This document shows, piece by piece, positions 8,655-18,000 of a stretch of 27,378 nt of DNA. Position 1 is the stretch's first letter; each line of letters begins with the position of its first letter. The translations under genes were made by a program, and so were the position numbers. The notes under the pieces were generated by a model. The model saw only the letters and a program-made list of their open reading frames with translations, did no database searches and had not been told where the DNA came from. The stretch is from positions 1 to 27,378 of the forward strand of contig DQGU01000180.1 of NCBI GenBank assembly GCA_003524565.1, given 5' to 3'. The stretch comes from Rhodospirillaceae bacterium. Its GTDB lineage: Bacteria > Pseudomonadota > Alphaproteobacteria > Micavibrionales > UBA2020.

Positions 8655-11621
8655 TTGCCCGGCAAATCCCCCCCTAAATCATCACAAAAAGCGGGCAACC
8701 CGGCAGGGCGCGCGGGCAAACCGCGCAAAGGTGGGGGAAGTTCCACCCCGCGCGCTGGCCGCAAGCAAAAAACCGGCGGCACAGATGCCACAACCGCGTC
8801 ACTTTTGCGCCACAGTCCTTATCTCTCCTCCCTTTGCGAAAAATGGCCTTACCTTCTTGGCGCCGCCCCCGAAACGGCGGAGCCCGCGATTTACGAAGAG
8901 CTTGCCACCGCCTGCGACGCTGCGCCGTGCGATGAAGTTATGGCGGCGCTGCGCCATGCGAAACAAAAAATCGCCCTGCTGACCGCCCTTTGCGACCTGC
9001 GCGGAATATGGGACGACGTGCGTGTGATGCGCGCGCTGTCTGATTTTGCGGATATCGCCGTACAAAAATGCGCCGAGTGTCTTTTGCGCGCCGCGCATGA
9101 TGCAGGCACCCTGCGCCTGCCCAAAACCAAAACACCGCAAAAAGATTGCGGCGTGATTGTCATCGCCCTCGGCAAGTGGGGCGCGCGGGAGCTGAATTAT
9201 TCCAGCGATATCGATTTGATGGTGCTGTTTGATGCCGCGCGCACGCCCATGAAAGACAAGGATGCGGCGCAGAATTTCTTTATCCGCTTCACCCGCGACA
9301 TGGCGCAGATGCTGGAGCAGGCGACCGAAGACGGCTACGTTTTCCGCTGCGACCTGCGGCTGCGGCCGGACCCGGGCGCGATGCCGCTGGCCGTATCCAT
9401 CGGCACGGCGGAGATTTACTACGGCAGCCTTGGTCAAAACTGGGAACGCGCCGCCATGACCAAGGCACGCACCGTCACGGGTGATACGCGCCTTGCCGAT
9501 GATTTCGCCCGTTTGATGAACGCATGGATATGGCGCAGAAACCTCGATTTCGCCGCCATACAGGATATTCATTCCATCAAACGCCAGATAAACGCAAAAC
9601 AATCGGCAGGGCGTGTAAAGGCGCGTTCAGGCGACAACCCCTATCTGGGCGTCAACGTCAAACTGGGGCACGGCGGCATACGCGAAATTGAATTTTACGC
9701 ACAAACGCAGCAGCTGATTTTCGGCGGGCGCGATGTGCGCCTGCGCGAACCGACAACGCTGGGCGCGCTTGCCGCCCTTGCCGCCACCGGACATATAACG
9801 GACGAGGACGCCAGAGTGCTTTCCGAAGCCTATCTTTTCCTGCGGCATATCGAACACCGTCTGCAAATGATAGACGATAGGCAAACCCACAGCCTGCCGC
9901 AGCAGGCGGATGATTTCTTGATTGCCGCAAACTTCGCAGGATACGCAGACAGCGGTGATTTAATAAACGCCTTGGCACGTCACATGGGCGCCGTACAAAA
10001 AAGATATGCCGCGCTGTTCGTGGAATCGCAAAATCTGGGCGAGCGCGGCGGCAACCTTGTTTTCACAGGCGTCGAGGACGACCCGGACACGCTGGACACC
10101 CTGCGCCGCATGGGCTTTGCCGCGCCGGAGAAAATTACGGCCGCCATTCGCGGCTGGCATCACGGGCGTTACCGCGCCGTGCGCAGCGAGCGCGCGCGGC
10201 AGATATTGACGGAGCTGACGCCGCAGCTTCTCGCCACACTCGCCGCGACGGCGCAGGGGGATGAAGCGTTTTTGCGCTTTGACCGCTTCCTTGAAAAGCT
10301 TCCCTCCGGCATTCCTATTTTCACGATGTTCGCACATCATCCGCAGCTTTTGCCCATCGTTGCCGACATCATGGGCACATCGCCCGCATTGGCGGAATGG
10401 CTGGGCACGCATCCGCAGGTGCTGGATGGCGTTATCAGCCGCGACTTTTTCGGGCGCTTGCCCGATACGGCATGGCTGGAAAAAGAGCTGGCGCACCGGC
10501 TGGGCGCCGCGCGCGATTATCAGGACATCCTCGACATCACGCGCCGCTGGGCGCGCGAAAAACGCTTTCACGCGGGCATTCATATCCTGCGCCGCCTATC
10601 CCCCTTGCGCGATTGCGCCGGATACCTCAGCGATATCGCGGAGGCATCGCTGAGCCAGTTAACACCGCATGTCTGCACAGAGTTTGAAAAAGCCCATGGC
10701 CGCATCAAAGGCGGTGATTTCGTGCTGCTGGCCATGGGCAGTTTCGGGGCGCGACGGATGTTTACCGATTCAGACCTCGACCTCGTGGCGCTTTACGATG
10801 TACCCGCAAGCACTGCCGCCAGCAACGGCGCCAAACCCCTGCCCCCGAGCCTTTATTATATCCGCCTGACGCAGCGGCTGATAACCGCCATCACCGCCCC
10901 GACGTCGGAAAGCATCCTGTATCAGGTCGATGCACGCCTGCGCCCCGCCGGCAATGACGGCCCGCTGGCCGCATCGATTGACGGGTTTATCGAATACCAA
11001 AGCAAAAACGCATGGACGTGGGAGCACATGTCGCTGATACGGCACCGCGTGATTTTCGGCAGCGATAAAGCGCGCCGCAAACTCGCGGCCGGCATCGCCC
11101 CCATCCTGACAAAACCGCGCGATGCAGGCGCCTTACGCAAAGACATTCTGGACATGCAAGCCCGCGTCGGGCGCGAATTTGCGGCCCGCGGAAAATGGGA
11201 TTTGAAGTACCGCAGCGGCGGTTTGATGGACCAGCTTTTCGCTGTGCAATACCTGCAACTGCTGCACGCGGCGCAGGCACCGCAAGCCCTTGTGCCCGAC
11301 ATTTCCGATGCGCTGGCCGCCCTGCGCCGCGCGCGTAAAATAGATGCCGCACAGGCGGAGACATTGCAAAAAACCGTCGAGGCCACATCATCGGCACAGA
11401 TGTTTTTGCGCCTGTCCGCCGCCCTGCCTTTCCGCCCCGAAGACGCCAGCGCGGGGTTGAAACAAAAACTGCCGGAATTTCTGGGTACGAAAACCGCGAA
11501 GGGCAAAAAGCCGGACTTCAAAGCCGCCATCACAGCCTTTCAGAAAGAGCTGGATGCCGCAGATAAAATCTGCCGCGATATTTTGGGCGGAAAAAACACT
11601 AAAACGAAAAAGAAGCGATAG
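8655..11621 (+). CDS. glnE: Bifunctional glutamine synthetase adenylyltransferase/adenylyl-removing enzyme
   Basis: Two nucleotidyltransferase repeats: ALGKWGARELNYSSDIDL / FRCDLRLRPDPG / GQNWERAAM / GGIREIEF, and a diverged AMGSFGARRMFTDSDLDL / YQVDARLRPAG / WTWEH. The TTG start is uncertain. Confidence 0.93.
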   Translation: MPGKSPPKSSQKAGNPAGRAGKPRKGGGSSTPRAGRKQKTGGTDATTASLLRHSPYLSSLCEKWPYLLGAAPETAEPAIYEELATACDAAPCDEVMAALRHAKQKIALLTALCDLRGIWDDVRVMRALSDFADIAVQKCAECLLRAAHDAGTLRLPKTKTPQKDCGVIVIALGKWGARELNYSSDIDLMVLFDAARTPMKDKDAAQNFFIRFTRDMAQMLEQATEDGYVFRCDLRLRPDPGAMPLAVSIGTAEIYYGSLGQNWERAAMTKARTVTGDTRLADDFARLMNAWIWRRNLDFAAIQDIHSIKRQINAKQSAGRVKARSGDNPYLGVNVKLGHGGIREIEFYAQTQQLIFGGRDVRLREPTTLGALAALAATGHITDEDARVLSEAYLFLRHIEHRLQMIDDRQTHSLPQQADDFLIAANFAGYADSGDLINALARHMGAVQKRYAALFVESQNLGERGGNLVFTGVEDDPDTLDTLRRMGFAAPEKITAAIRGWHHGRYRAVRSERARQILTELTPQLLATLAATAQGDEAFLRFDRFLEKLPSGIPIFTMFAHHPQLLPIVADIMGTSPALAEWLGTHPQVLDGVISRDFFGRLPDTAWLEKELAHRLGAARDYQDILDITRRWAREKRFHAGIHILRRLSPLRDCAGYLSDIAEASLSQLTPHVCTEFEKAHGRIKGGDFVLLAMGSFGARRMFTDSDLDLVALYDVPASTAASNGAKPLPPSLYYIRLTQRLITAITAPTSESILYQVDARLRPAGNDGPLAASIDGFIEYQSKNAWTWEHMSLIRHRVIFGSDKARRKLAAGIAPILTKPRDAGALRKDILDMQARVGREFAARGKWDLKYRSGGLMDQLFAVQYLQLLHAAQAPQALVPDISDALAALRRARKIDAAQAETLQKTVEATSSAQMFLRLSAALPFRPEDASAGLKQKLPEFLGTKTAKGKKPDFKAAITAFQKELDAADKICRDILGGKNTKTKKKR

Positions 11622-11682
11622 ACGGAGACTCCTGCGCCCCTCTACGGCCGCAGGCAGAACGTCTTTTTACAGGACAAGATGA

Positions 11683-12297
11683 TTATTCGTCGCGGGCGCG
11701 GCGGGCGATTTTTTCCAACTCGCGCGTGACAACGCGGTCGATAACGCGGGGCAGGTTTTCATCCAGCCAGGTTTTAATCAGCGGGCGCATCAAATCGCGC
11801 GCGATATCTTCCAGCGTCACGCGGCCTACGCGGGCAGGCTCGTCACGCTCGACCGCCACGTTGTTCGCCAGCAGTTTGGCCATTTCGGCCGCAGCGGCAT
11901 CGGCGGTTTTATCGGAAAGCAGGCTTTCTTCATCAGCGGTCATAGCGGTCGCTTCCTGTAAATCAATCACGGGGGGCGGGTCGGGGTCATAGGCGGGGTT
12001 CATCAAATCATCGCCAAGGTTGTCCTCGGCCGCGCTCAGGCTTTCGACCTTCTCGGTCAAATCCAGCACACCACCCGCCATCTCTTCGGGCGCATCGCCG
12101 CCAAGGGCGAGGTCCGATGCAGGCACATCTTCTTCCGTCAGAGCGTTGAGAACGCCGCCGTGCGGTGGCTCGCTCTTCGGACGCAGGTCGGCACCGCCCG
12201 TATCCACAGGGGTGTCGCCGTCTTCATTGATAATCTGGCGGATTGATTCCAGGATTTCCTCGATAGACGGGTCCTGTTCTGTTTTCGCTTCTGGCAT
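11683..12297 (-). CDS. popZ: Polar organizing protein PopZ (DUF2497)
   Basis: N-terminal DPSIEEILESIRQII helix, an acidic Pro-rich disordered middle and C-terminal TLEDIARDLMRPLIKTWLDENLPRVIDRVVTRELEKI. Lies downstream of pcm-tolC. Confidence 0.93.
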   Translation of the reverse strand: MPEAKTEQDPSIEEILESIRQIINEDGDTPVDTGGADLRPKSEPPHGGVLNALTEEDVPASDLALGGDAPEEMAGGVLDLTEKVESLSAAEDNLGDDLMNPAYDPDPPPVIDLQEATAMTADEESLLSDKTADAAAAEMAKLLANNVAVERDEPARVGRVTLEDIARDLMRPLIKTWLDENLPRVIDRVVTRELEKIARRARDE

Positions 12298-12429
12298 CCG
12301 TGTGACCGTTTTGTTCTAAAGTCTTGAATATTCTGTTTTTAAGGTATTTGCGCCAGAAAAGCGAGTCAGATTTCGCCGCAAGAGCCACAAGCCCCGCGAA
12401 GCGCCTGCCCCCGCCCTCTAGTGATACCT

Positions 12430-12603
12430 TTAACGCAAATGCGGCAGCCACGTCAGAAAGACCATGACCAGCGACAGGATAGCGCCCACGCGCACCACCG
12501 TCATGACCAGCTTGAGCAGCTGGTTCAAAATCACCATCGCCAGAATGAATAGCGGAATAAGCACTTCCGTATCCTGCGACATAAGGGTTTTGAGAATTTC
12601 CAT
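12430..12603 (-). CDS. Putative 57-aa membrane microprotein (not in the ORF track)
   Basis: Manual translation from ATG 12603 to TAA 12430: MEILKTLMSQDTEVLIPLFILAMVILNQLLKLVMTVVRVGAILSLVMVFLTWLPHLR. Two hydrophobic stretches, GC-rich third codon positions, same strand as tolC and popZ. Confidence 0.7.
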   Translation of the reverse strand: MEILKTLMSQDTEVLIPLFILAMVILNQLLKLVMTVVRVGAILSLVMVFLTWLPHLR

Positions 12604-12645
12604 GACCTAGCCCTGATTAAACCTCAAGGGCTATGGTAATCCATT

Positions 12646-12664
12646 ATGGTTAAATCATTCTTAC
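12646..12664 (-). promoter_or_regulatory. CtrA-like binding site
   Basis: The minus strand reads GTAA-gaatgat-TTAACCAT, one mismatch from TTAA-N7-TTAAC, and contains the TTAACCAT motif. It lies 43-61 nt upstream of the small ORF. Confidence 0.55.
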
Positions 12665-12718
12665 CGTAATATGCCGCGGCAAAAACAATATGGTTTTTTT
12701 GATTATGGCAATTGATGC

Positions 12719-14107
12719 TTATTCGTCAATGCCCGTGCCTATCCAGCGGTTTTTGACGTTTTTGAAATGCGCCTGCGGGTTATACACGGGCACGGGCAAG
12801 CCGAGGCGCGCAGCCGTCAGCTCCCCCACTGTCGAAAGAACACGGTAAAGCGCGACAATCCGGTTTCTTTCTGCAATCACATGCGCGACCTGCGCGTCCA
12901 GATATTCCTGCTCGGCATCCAGAAGGTCGAGCGTGGTGCGCGAACCGTAATCCGTTTCAATGCGCACACCGTCCAGCGCCAGCTTGGCGGCGTCAATTTG
13001 CGCCTTGCGTGCCTGCATCTCGGCCTCGGCCGCGCTCAGCTCTGTCCAGGCGTCAATCACGGACTGGCGCACAGTGCGGCCGGCGCGCATGCGCTCCATC
13101 CGGCGCTGGGATTCAATTTGCTTGGAGCGGCGTACGCGCGCATCCACCGCACCACCCGTATAAAGCGGGATACTTGCGATAACGCCGACGGATGTCGTGT
13201 TCACATGTTCGTCAACGCGCTGGGCGGGGTCGTATGTGCGGCCAAGGCTGCCTGTCAGGTCAACCTGCGGCAACAGCTCCCCCGTTGCGGCGCGCGTATC
13301 GGCATTGGCGGCTTCATGGCTGAAATCCGCGAAATGGATATCGGGATTTTGCTCTTCGGCCAGCGCGGCGGCTTGCTCCAGCGTTTCCGGAATATGAATA
13401 GAGAATACGGGCGCCGGCAACGTTTGCGCTTCTTGCCCGACGACACGTTCATAACGGGCACGGCTGGCACGCAGACTGCCCTCTGCCCGCACACGGCTGG
13501 CCTGTGCATTGGCAAGGCGGGATTCCGCCTGACTAACATCGGTTTTGGTGATGTCGCCGAGCTTAAATCTTTGACGCGACGCTTCAAGGTGCGTTTCCAA
13601 CACTTTCTCATTATTGAGATTTAAGCGCACAAGCTCGCCATCGCGGCGCACGTCCATATAGGCCGTCACAGCCTCCAGCAGCACTTTTTGCTCCACAGAG
13701 TGAAGAACCGCGCGCTGCGCTTTGATTCTATTGGAAGAAGCGCGCACGCCCGCTTCGGTACTGCCGCCGCGGTATAGGGGCTGACGCAGCTCCAGCGCCA
13801 GATTTTTCGGGTCGGCATGGGTATCAAAAACATCGCCGTCATAATGGGACGATGTATAAGAGGCCTCCCCCGTCAAGCGCGGGCGGTATCCGGACATAGC
13901 CTGCGCGTATGTTTCATCGACGCTGCGCAGCTCCGCACGCGCGGCTTCAAGCTCGGGGTTGCGCAGATAGGCCTCGGCCAATGCGGCATCAAAGGGCGTT
14001 GCCGCCGCTCCCCCGCCTTCTCCCTGCTGCGCCGATGCGCCGCCTGCCGCTGCGAAAACAGAAACCGAAAGGCTCAGAAAAAAGACGAAGAAACGAAAAC
14101 AACGCAT
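12719..14107 (-). CDS. tolC: TolC-family outer membrane protein (type I secretion/efflux channel)
   Basis: Signal peptide, AYLRNPELEAARA, LELRQPLYRGG, RFKLGDITKTDVSQAESRL and GSRTTLDLLDAEQE. Its ATG directly abuts the pcm stop. Confidence 0.93.
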   Translation of the reverse strand: MRCFRFFVFFLSLSVSVFAAAGGASAQQGEGGGAAATPFDAALAEAYLRNPELEAARAELRSVDETYAQAMSGYRPRLTGEASYTSSHYDGDVFDTHADPKNLALELRQPLYRGGSTEAGVRASSNRIKAQRAVLHSVEQKVLLEAVTAYMDVRRDGELVRLNLNNEKVLETHLEASRQRFKLGDITKTDVSQAESRLANAQASRVRAEGSLRASRARYERVVGQEAQTLPAPVFSIHIPETLEQAAALAEEQNPDIHFADFSHEAANADTRAATGELLPQVDLTGSLGRTYDPAQRVDEHVNTTSVGVIASIPLYTGGAVDARVRRSKQIESQRRMERMRAGRTVRQSVIDAWTELSAAEAEMQARKAQIDAAKLALDGVRIETDYGSRTTLDLLDAEQEYLDAQVAHVIAERNRIVALYRVLSTVGELTAARLGLPVPVYNPQAHFKNVKNRWIGTGIDE

Positions 14108-14767
14108 TTAAAATTCAAATGATTTCCGACATTCAAACCCCGGCAGCGTCGGCGTGGCCGCATCGAACAGCACACGCTTAGAAATATCATCGCCACTGCG
14201 GGTATAAAGAACGGCGGAGCCCATGTGCCCCTTGTTTGAAAGAACTGTGACCAAACGGCCGCCATCAGCCAGCTGAGATAAAATCTCCGCCGGAACCTCG
14301 GCAACCGATCCGTTAATCAGGATTTTGTGATACGGCGCCTGCGCCGCGTAGCCTGCGCGCAGTTCCTTTTGCTGGATGACCACGACATTGCATATATCGA
14401 GGTCGCGCAGCAGACGCTCCGCCTCCGACGCGATGTCGGCTTTTTCTTCTATCGCCACGACGGTCGCGGCCATCTGCGCCAGCAGCGCCGCGCAATAACC
14501 CGTACCGCAGCCAATATCCAGAACAACGTCACTCTGCCCGACGTCCAGTGCCTGAACAAGACGCGCCAGTACCACCGGCTCGGCCAGCACGCGGCCGCCA
14601 CCGATGTCCAAATCCTCGTCGATGTAGGCGATACGCTGCAAATGGCGCGGCACGAATTGCTCCCGCGGGACGGCCTGCAGGGCGGCAATCAGCGCGGGGG
14701 ACGTAATCCCGCTCGGGCGCAGCTGGCCAAAAATCATATTTTCGCGGGCGATTTCAAAACTTTGCAT
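14108..14767 (-). CDS. pcm: Protein-L-isoaspartate O-methyltransferase family protein
   Basis: Likely start at ATG 14767 (MQSFEIARENMIFGQLRP). Motifs VPREQFVP, SAM motif VLDIGCGTGY, APYHKILING, QLADGGRLV and FDAATPTLPGF. Confidence 0.92.
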   Translation of the reverse strand: MQSFEIARENMIFGQLRPSGITSPALIAALQAVPREQFVPRHLQRIAYIDEDLDIGGGRVLAEPVVLARLVQALDVGQSDVVLDIGCGTGYCAALLAQMAATVVAIEEKADIASEAERLLRDLDICNVVVIQQKELRAGYAAQAPYHKILINGSVAEVPAEILSQLADGGRLVTVLSNKGHMGSAVLYTRSGDDISKRVLFDAATPTLPGFECRKSFEF

Positions 14768-14910
14768 CTCTGGCACATCCAAAAGTTGCGGGCCATTACA
14801 GCCACAGGTTGTATTATTGCATTTTGCGTCTAAAAAGAAAGCCTTTTTTGCGCAACCCTGCATCCCCGTCATATTTATACGTTTTTATAGCCGTTGAACA
14901 GTGGCGGCAC

Positions 14911-14939
14911 TTGAGACGCCGCGGTTTTTCAGCTAAAAC
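14911..14939 (+). promoter_or_regulatory. Putative sigma70 promoter of tRNA-Cys
   Basis: TTGAGA-N17-TAAAAC, ending 15 nt upstream of the tRNA. Confidence 0.55.
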
Positions 14940-14954
14940 AAACTTCCCCGATAT

Positions 14955-15028
14955 GGCGCGGTGGCAGAATGGCGATGCAGAGGATTGCAAATCCTTGAAT
15001 GCCGGTTCGATTCCGGCCCGTGCCTCCA
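14955..15028 (+). tRNA. tRNA-Cys(GCA)
   Basis: Acceptor stem GGCGCGG/CCGTGCC, anticodon arm gagga-ttGCAaa-tcctt, T-loop GTTCGATTC, U73 and an encoded CCA; 74 nt. Confidence 0.97.
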
Positions 15029-15047
15029 TATTCGAAATTTTATGAAT

Positions 15048-15084
15048 AAAAAAACGCCGGCACGAAGCCGGCGCTTTTTATTTA
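15048..15084. terminator. Bidirectional Rho-independent terminator between tRNA-Cys and the RTX gene
   Basis: An A-tract, stem cgccggc-acgaa-gccggcg (15055-15073), then a T-rich tract. Confidence 0.85.
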
Positions 15085-15097
15085 TGCACCCATCTGT

Positions 15098-18000
15098 TTA
15101 GAGCAAGACAGGATTAACGCCGAGGTTGCCGTCGTCCAGCAAATCTTGCGCGCTGCCCAGACCCGTCGCCCCCGCAAGCGTGGCCAGATGCACCCAGTCA
15201 CCCGTGCCGCCCGTGCGGATTTCGACTTTCGTATCGTCGCCCGTTTCGCTCAGGCGCACGAAATCCGCGATGTCGTCATCAAGGATATCAAAGCCGCTCA
15301 GCAGGTCGCCGATTTCCAGCACGTCGCCATCGCTGTCATCGAAGTCGGTCACAGTATCGACGCCGTCAAGATTGTCGAAAACGAAACGGTCTGCGCCATC
15401 ACCGCCCGACAGAATATCCGCGCCCAAACCGCCAAAAAGCATATCGTCACCGTCTTCGCCCAGCAGCATGTCACTGCCCGCACCTCCGCGCAGCAGGTTA
15501 TTGGCGTCGTTGCCGGAAATATAGTCGTTACCGCTGCCGCCAATCGCGTTTTCAATCACACTGCCGGGGGCGATGGCGATGTTATAACGCGCCTGATCGG
15601 CAAATTCGCCCGGCGTCGTCACTTTTGCAAGGTCGGATGCGGAAACATCTGCGATTTTGCCGATGATGCCAATCGAGCTGATAGCGCCATCCTGCAAATG
15701 TATAACACTGCCCAGCGTCTGGCCGCTGGCGTCAATCGTATCGTTGCCGCCTGTATCGACGATAGCCTGCAGGTATTCTAGGGTTTTTGAATTGAAGTCG
15801 TAGGTCGTATCGCCTGCATTCGCAGACGCGGGCGCGCCGTAAAGAGTCTGGAGCGCGAGAATATCCAGAAGCTGCGGTTCGGACGGGAACAGCGAAGAGT
15901 CGATTTTGTTCATGTAGCTGAGCAGTGAATAGGTTGTGTTGTCCATCCCCTCCTGCACGCCGACCTGCGGGCCATAGCCATCATCGTAAACCCCCGCGTG
16001 CTGCAGCCCCAGCGCATGCAGGATTTCATGCGCCAGCACGAATTTCATTTCGGGCGTGTCCAGTTTTTGGGTTGTCGGATTTCCGCTGCTGTAGTGCATG
16101 GTCACAAAGGCGCTGCCGATGGTGAACTGCCCCGCAGGCTGGTCGTCGAAAATGAACTGCACGTCGCCGCTTTCATCAAACAGGAAAGCAGCCCCGTCAC
16201 CCAGACCCGCATCTGTGGCGCGCGTCCAGCCGAAATTGAGGTCACCCGTGCCTGCCGCGACTTCGTTAAACGTAACACCGGCAACCTTGGAAATCGCTGC
16301 CATTACATCGCGCACGACCTGCTGCTGCGCGGTCGAAAACGCTTTGTAAGAATTTATATCCACAAAAGACAGCCCACCCGCTCCCCGCATCTCGTCAGAC
16401 AAGGCTGCATCGAAGCTATAATTGATGACAACCGGCACACCGCGGTCATTCACATCGCCACTGTCCCAGCGTGCGCCTTGAATAATGCGCGCAGCCATGT
16501 CTTCAAGGTCTATCTCATCAATAACCAGCTGGAACTGTCCCGTCTGGCTCACGCCGCTATAATCGACATAGTTCCCATCCGTATTGGTGATTTCTTCCTT
16601 GATGGGGTTATTGGGCGTGTTGATGGCTTCGACCGTCACGGTATAATTGCCCGATACCGGCGCCACAAAACCACCGTTCGGGTCAAGACGGAAAGTATCG
16701 CCTTCGCCAATTTGATAGTAGCTCGTATCATCCTTGACGAAAACCTCACGGCCGGTGGGGTCGAAAATCCGGATTTTCAAATCAAGGCTGGCGCCCACAG
16801 GCGACAGATTGAACGTATAAAGCTGCCCTGCATCGAAATCATAACTGTAGCTGACAACTTGCCCTGGCGCGCTAATCGTACCCGTTACGGTATCCCCGAA
16901 ATCCTCGCTGCTGTGCGCGTACAGGGTAGAGGTAAAGCTATATTCATCGGCGCTGAAGCGGCTGGATTGGTATCCTTCGATACGCAGGACATAATCGCCA
17001 TCTTCAACCGGTACGGTAAAGGTACGGTCACCCCCCGCTGTCCATTCCATGACAATGCCGCCGTCCAGCGTGCGGACGGAAACTTTGTATGCGGGTTGCG
17101 ACGGCATGTAATTTGTGGGCGCGTTGAAATCAATCGTCAGCTGTCCGCTGCTGCCTGTATCAATCACGAACTCATCGGCATCACCAAAAGCGGACAGGCT
17201 GCCAATCACGGTATCGCCCGGACTTACAGCTGTGCGCGCGCCTTCGGTTTCGAAAATCACCGCTTGTTCGATGATATCAACACCGGGCGCTGCTGTACGG
17301 CCGTTCAATTGCACCAAAAGCCCGTCATACCCGACAGCGCCGTTGCCGTCTCCGTTCACATAGACATAGCCATGCGTACCGTCTGTAAAGAAATAAATGG
17401 CGTCACCAATACCGCTCAGCACGATTTCGGCAACCGTATCCGCAACGGCGCCTTCATACGGCCATACACTGCCTGTCAGCACGGTATAGCCGGCACCTTG
17501 TTCCAGCGTGATACGGTCTTCGCTGATATTGAAATCGGTAACACGGTCGGTTTCTGCCAGCGTGGAATCTGCCCCCTGCTCGTAGAAATAGCGGTCGCGC
17601 CCCGCGCCGCCCGTCAGGACATCCGCGCCCACCTGACCAAAAAGCTGGTCATTGCCCGCGCCGCCCAGCAGCGTGTCGTTGCCGTCGCCGCCATAAAGAA
17701 TGTCGTTGCCCGCCGCACCGTCAATCGTCGTGCCCGCATCATTGCCGATAATGACGTTGGAAAGCGCATTGCCTTTGAAATTGATGGTTTCGGACAAAGT
17801 CGCACTGGCATCCAGCTTTTCAACTTCGTTTTGCAGCGTGAAGGTCACAGGCTTCGTCAGCGAAAAACCGCCGCCCAGACGCAGCTGCAATGTATCAATG
17901 CCGCCGTTCTTGGCTTCGGTGATTTTATCTTCAAGCTTGATGCTTTTGCCGCCGGACGACAGCAAATCGACGACATAAACATCATCGCCCGCACCGCCGA

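Noticed and set aside
14768-15045. Extended pcm N-terminus and ORFs 14809..15045 and 14814..15029
   Set aside because: They cover the divergent promoter region and tRNA-Cys, so they are translation artefacts.
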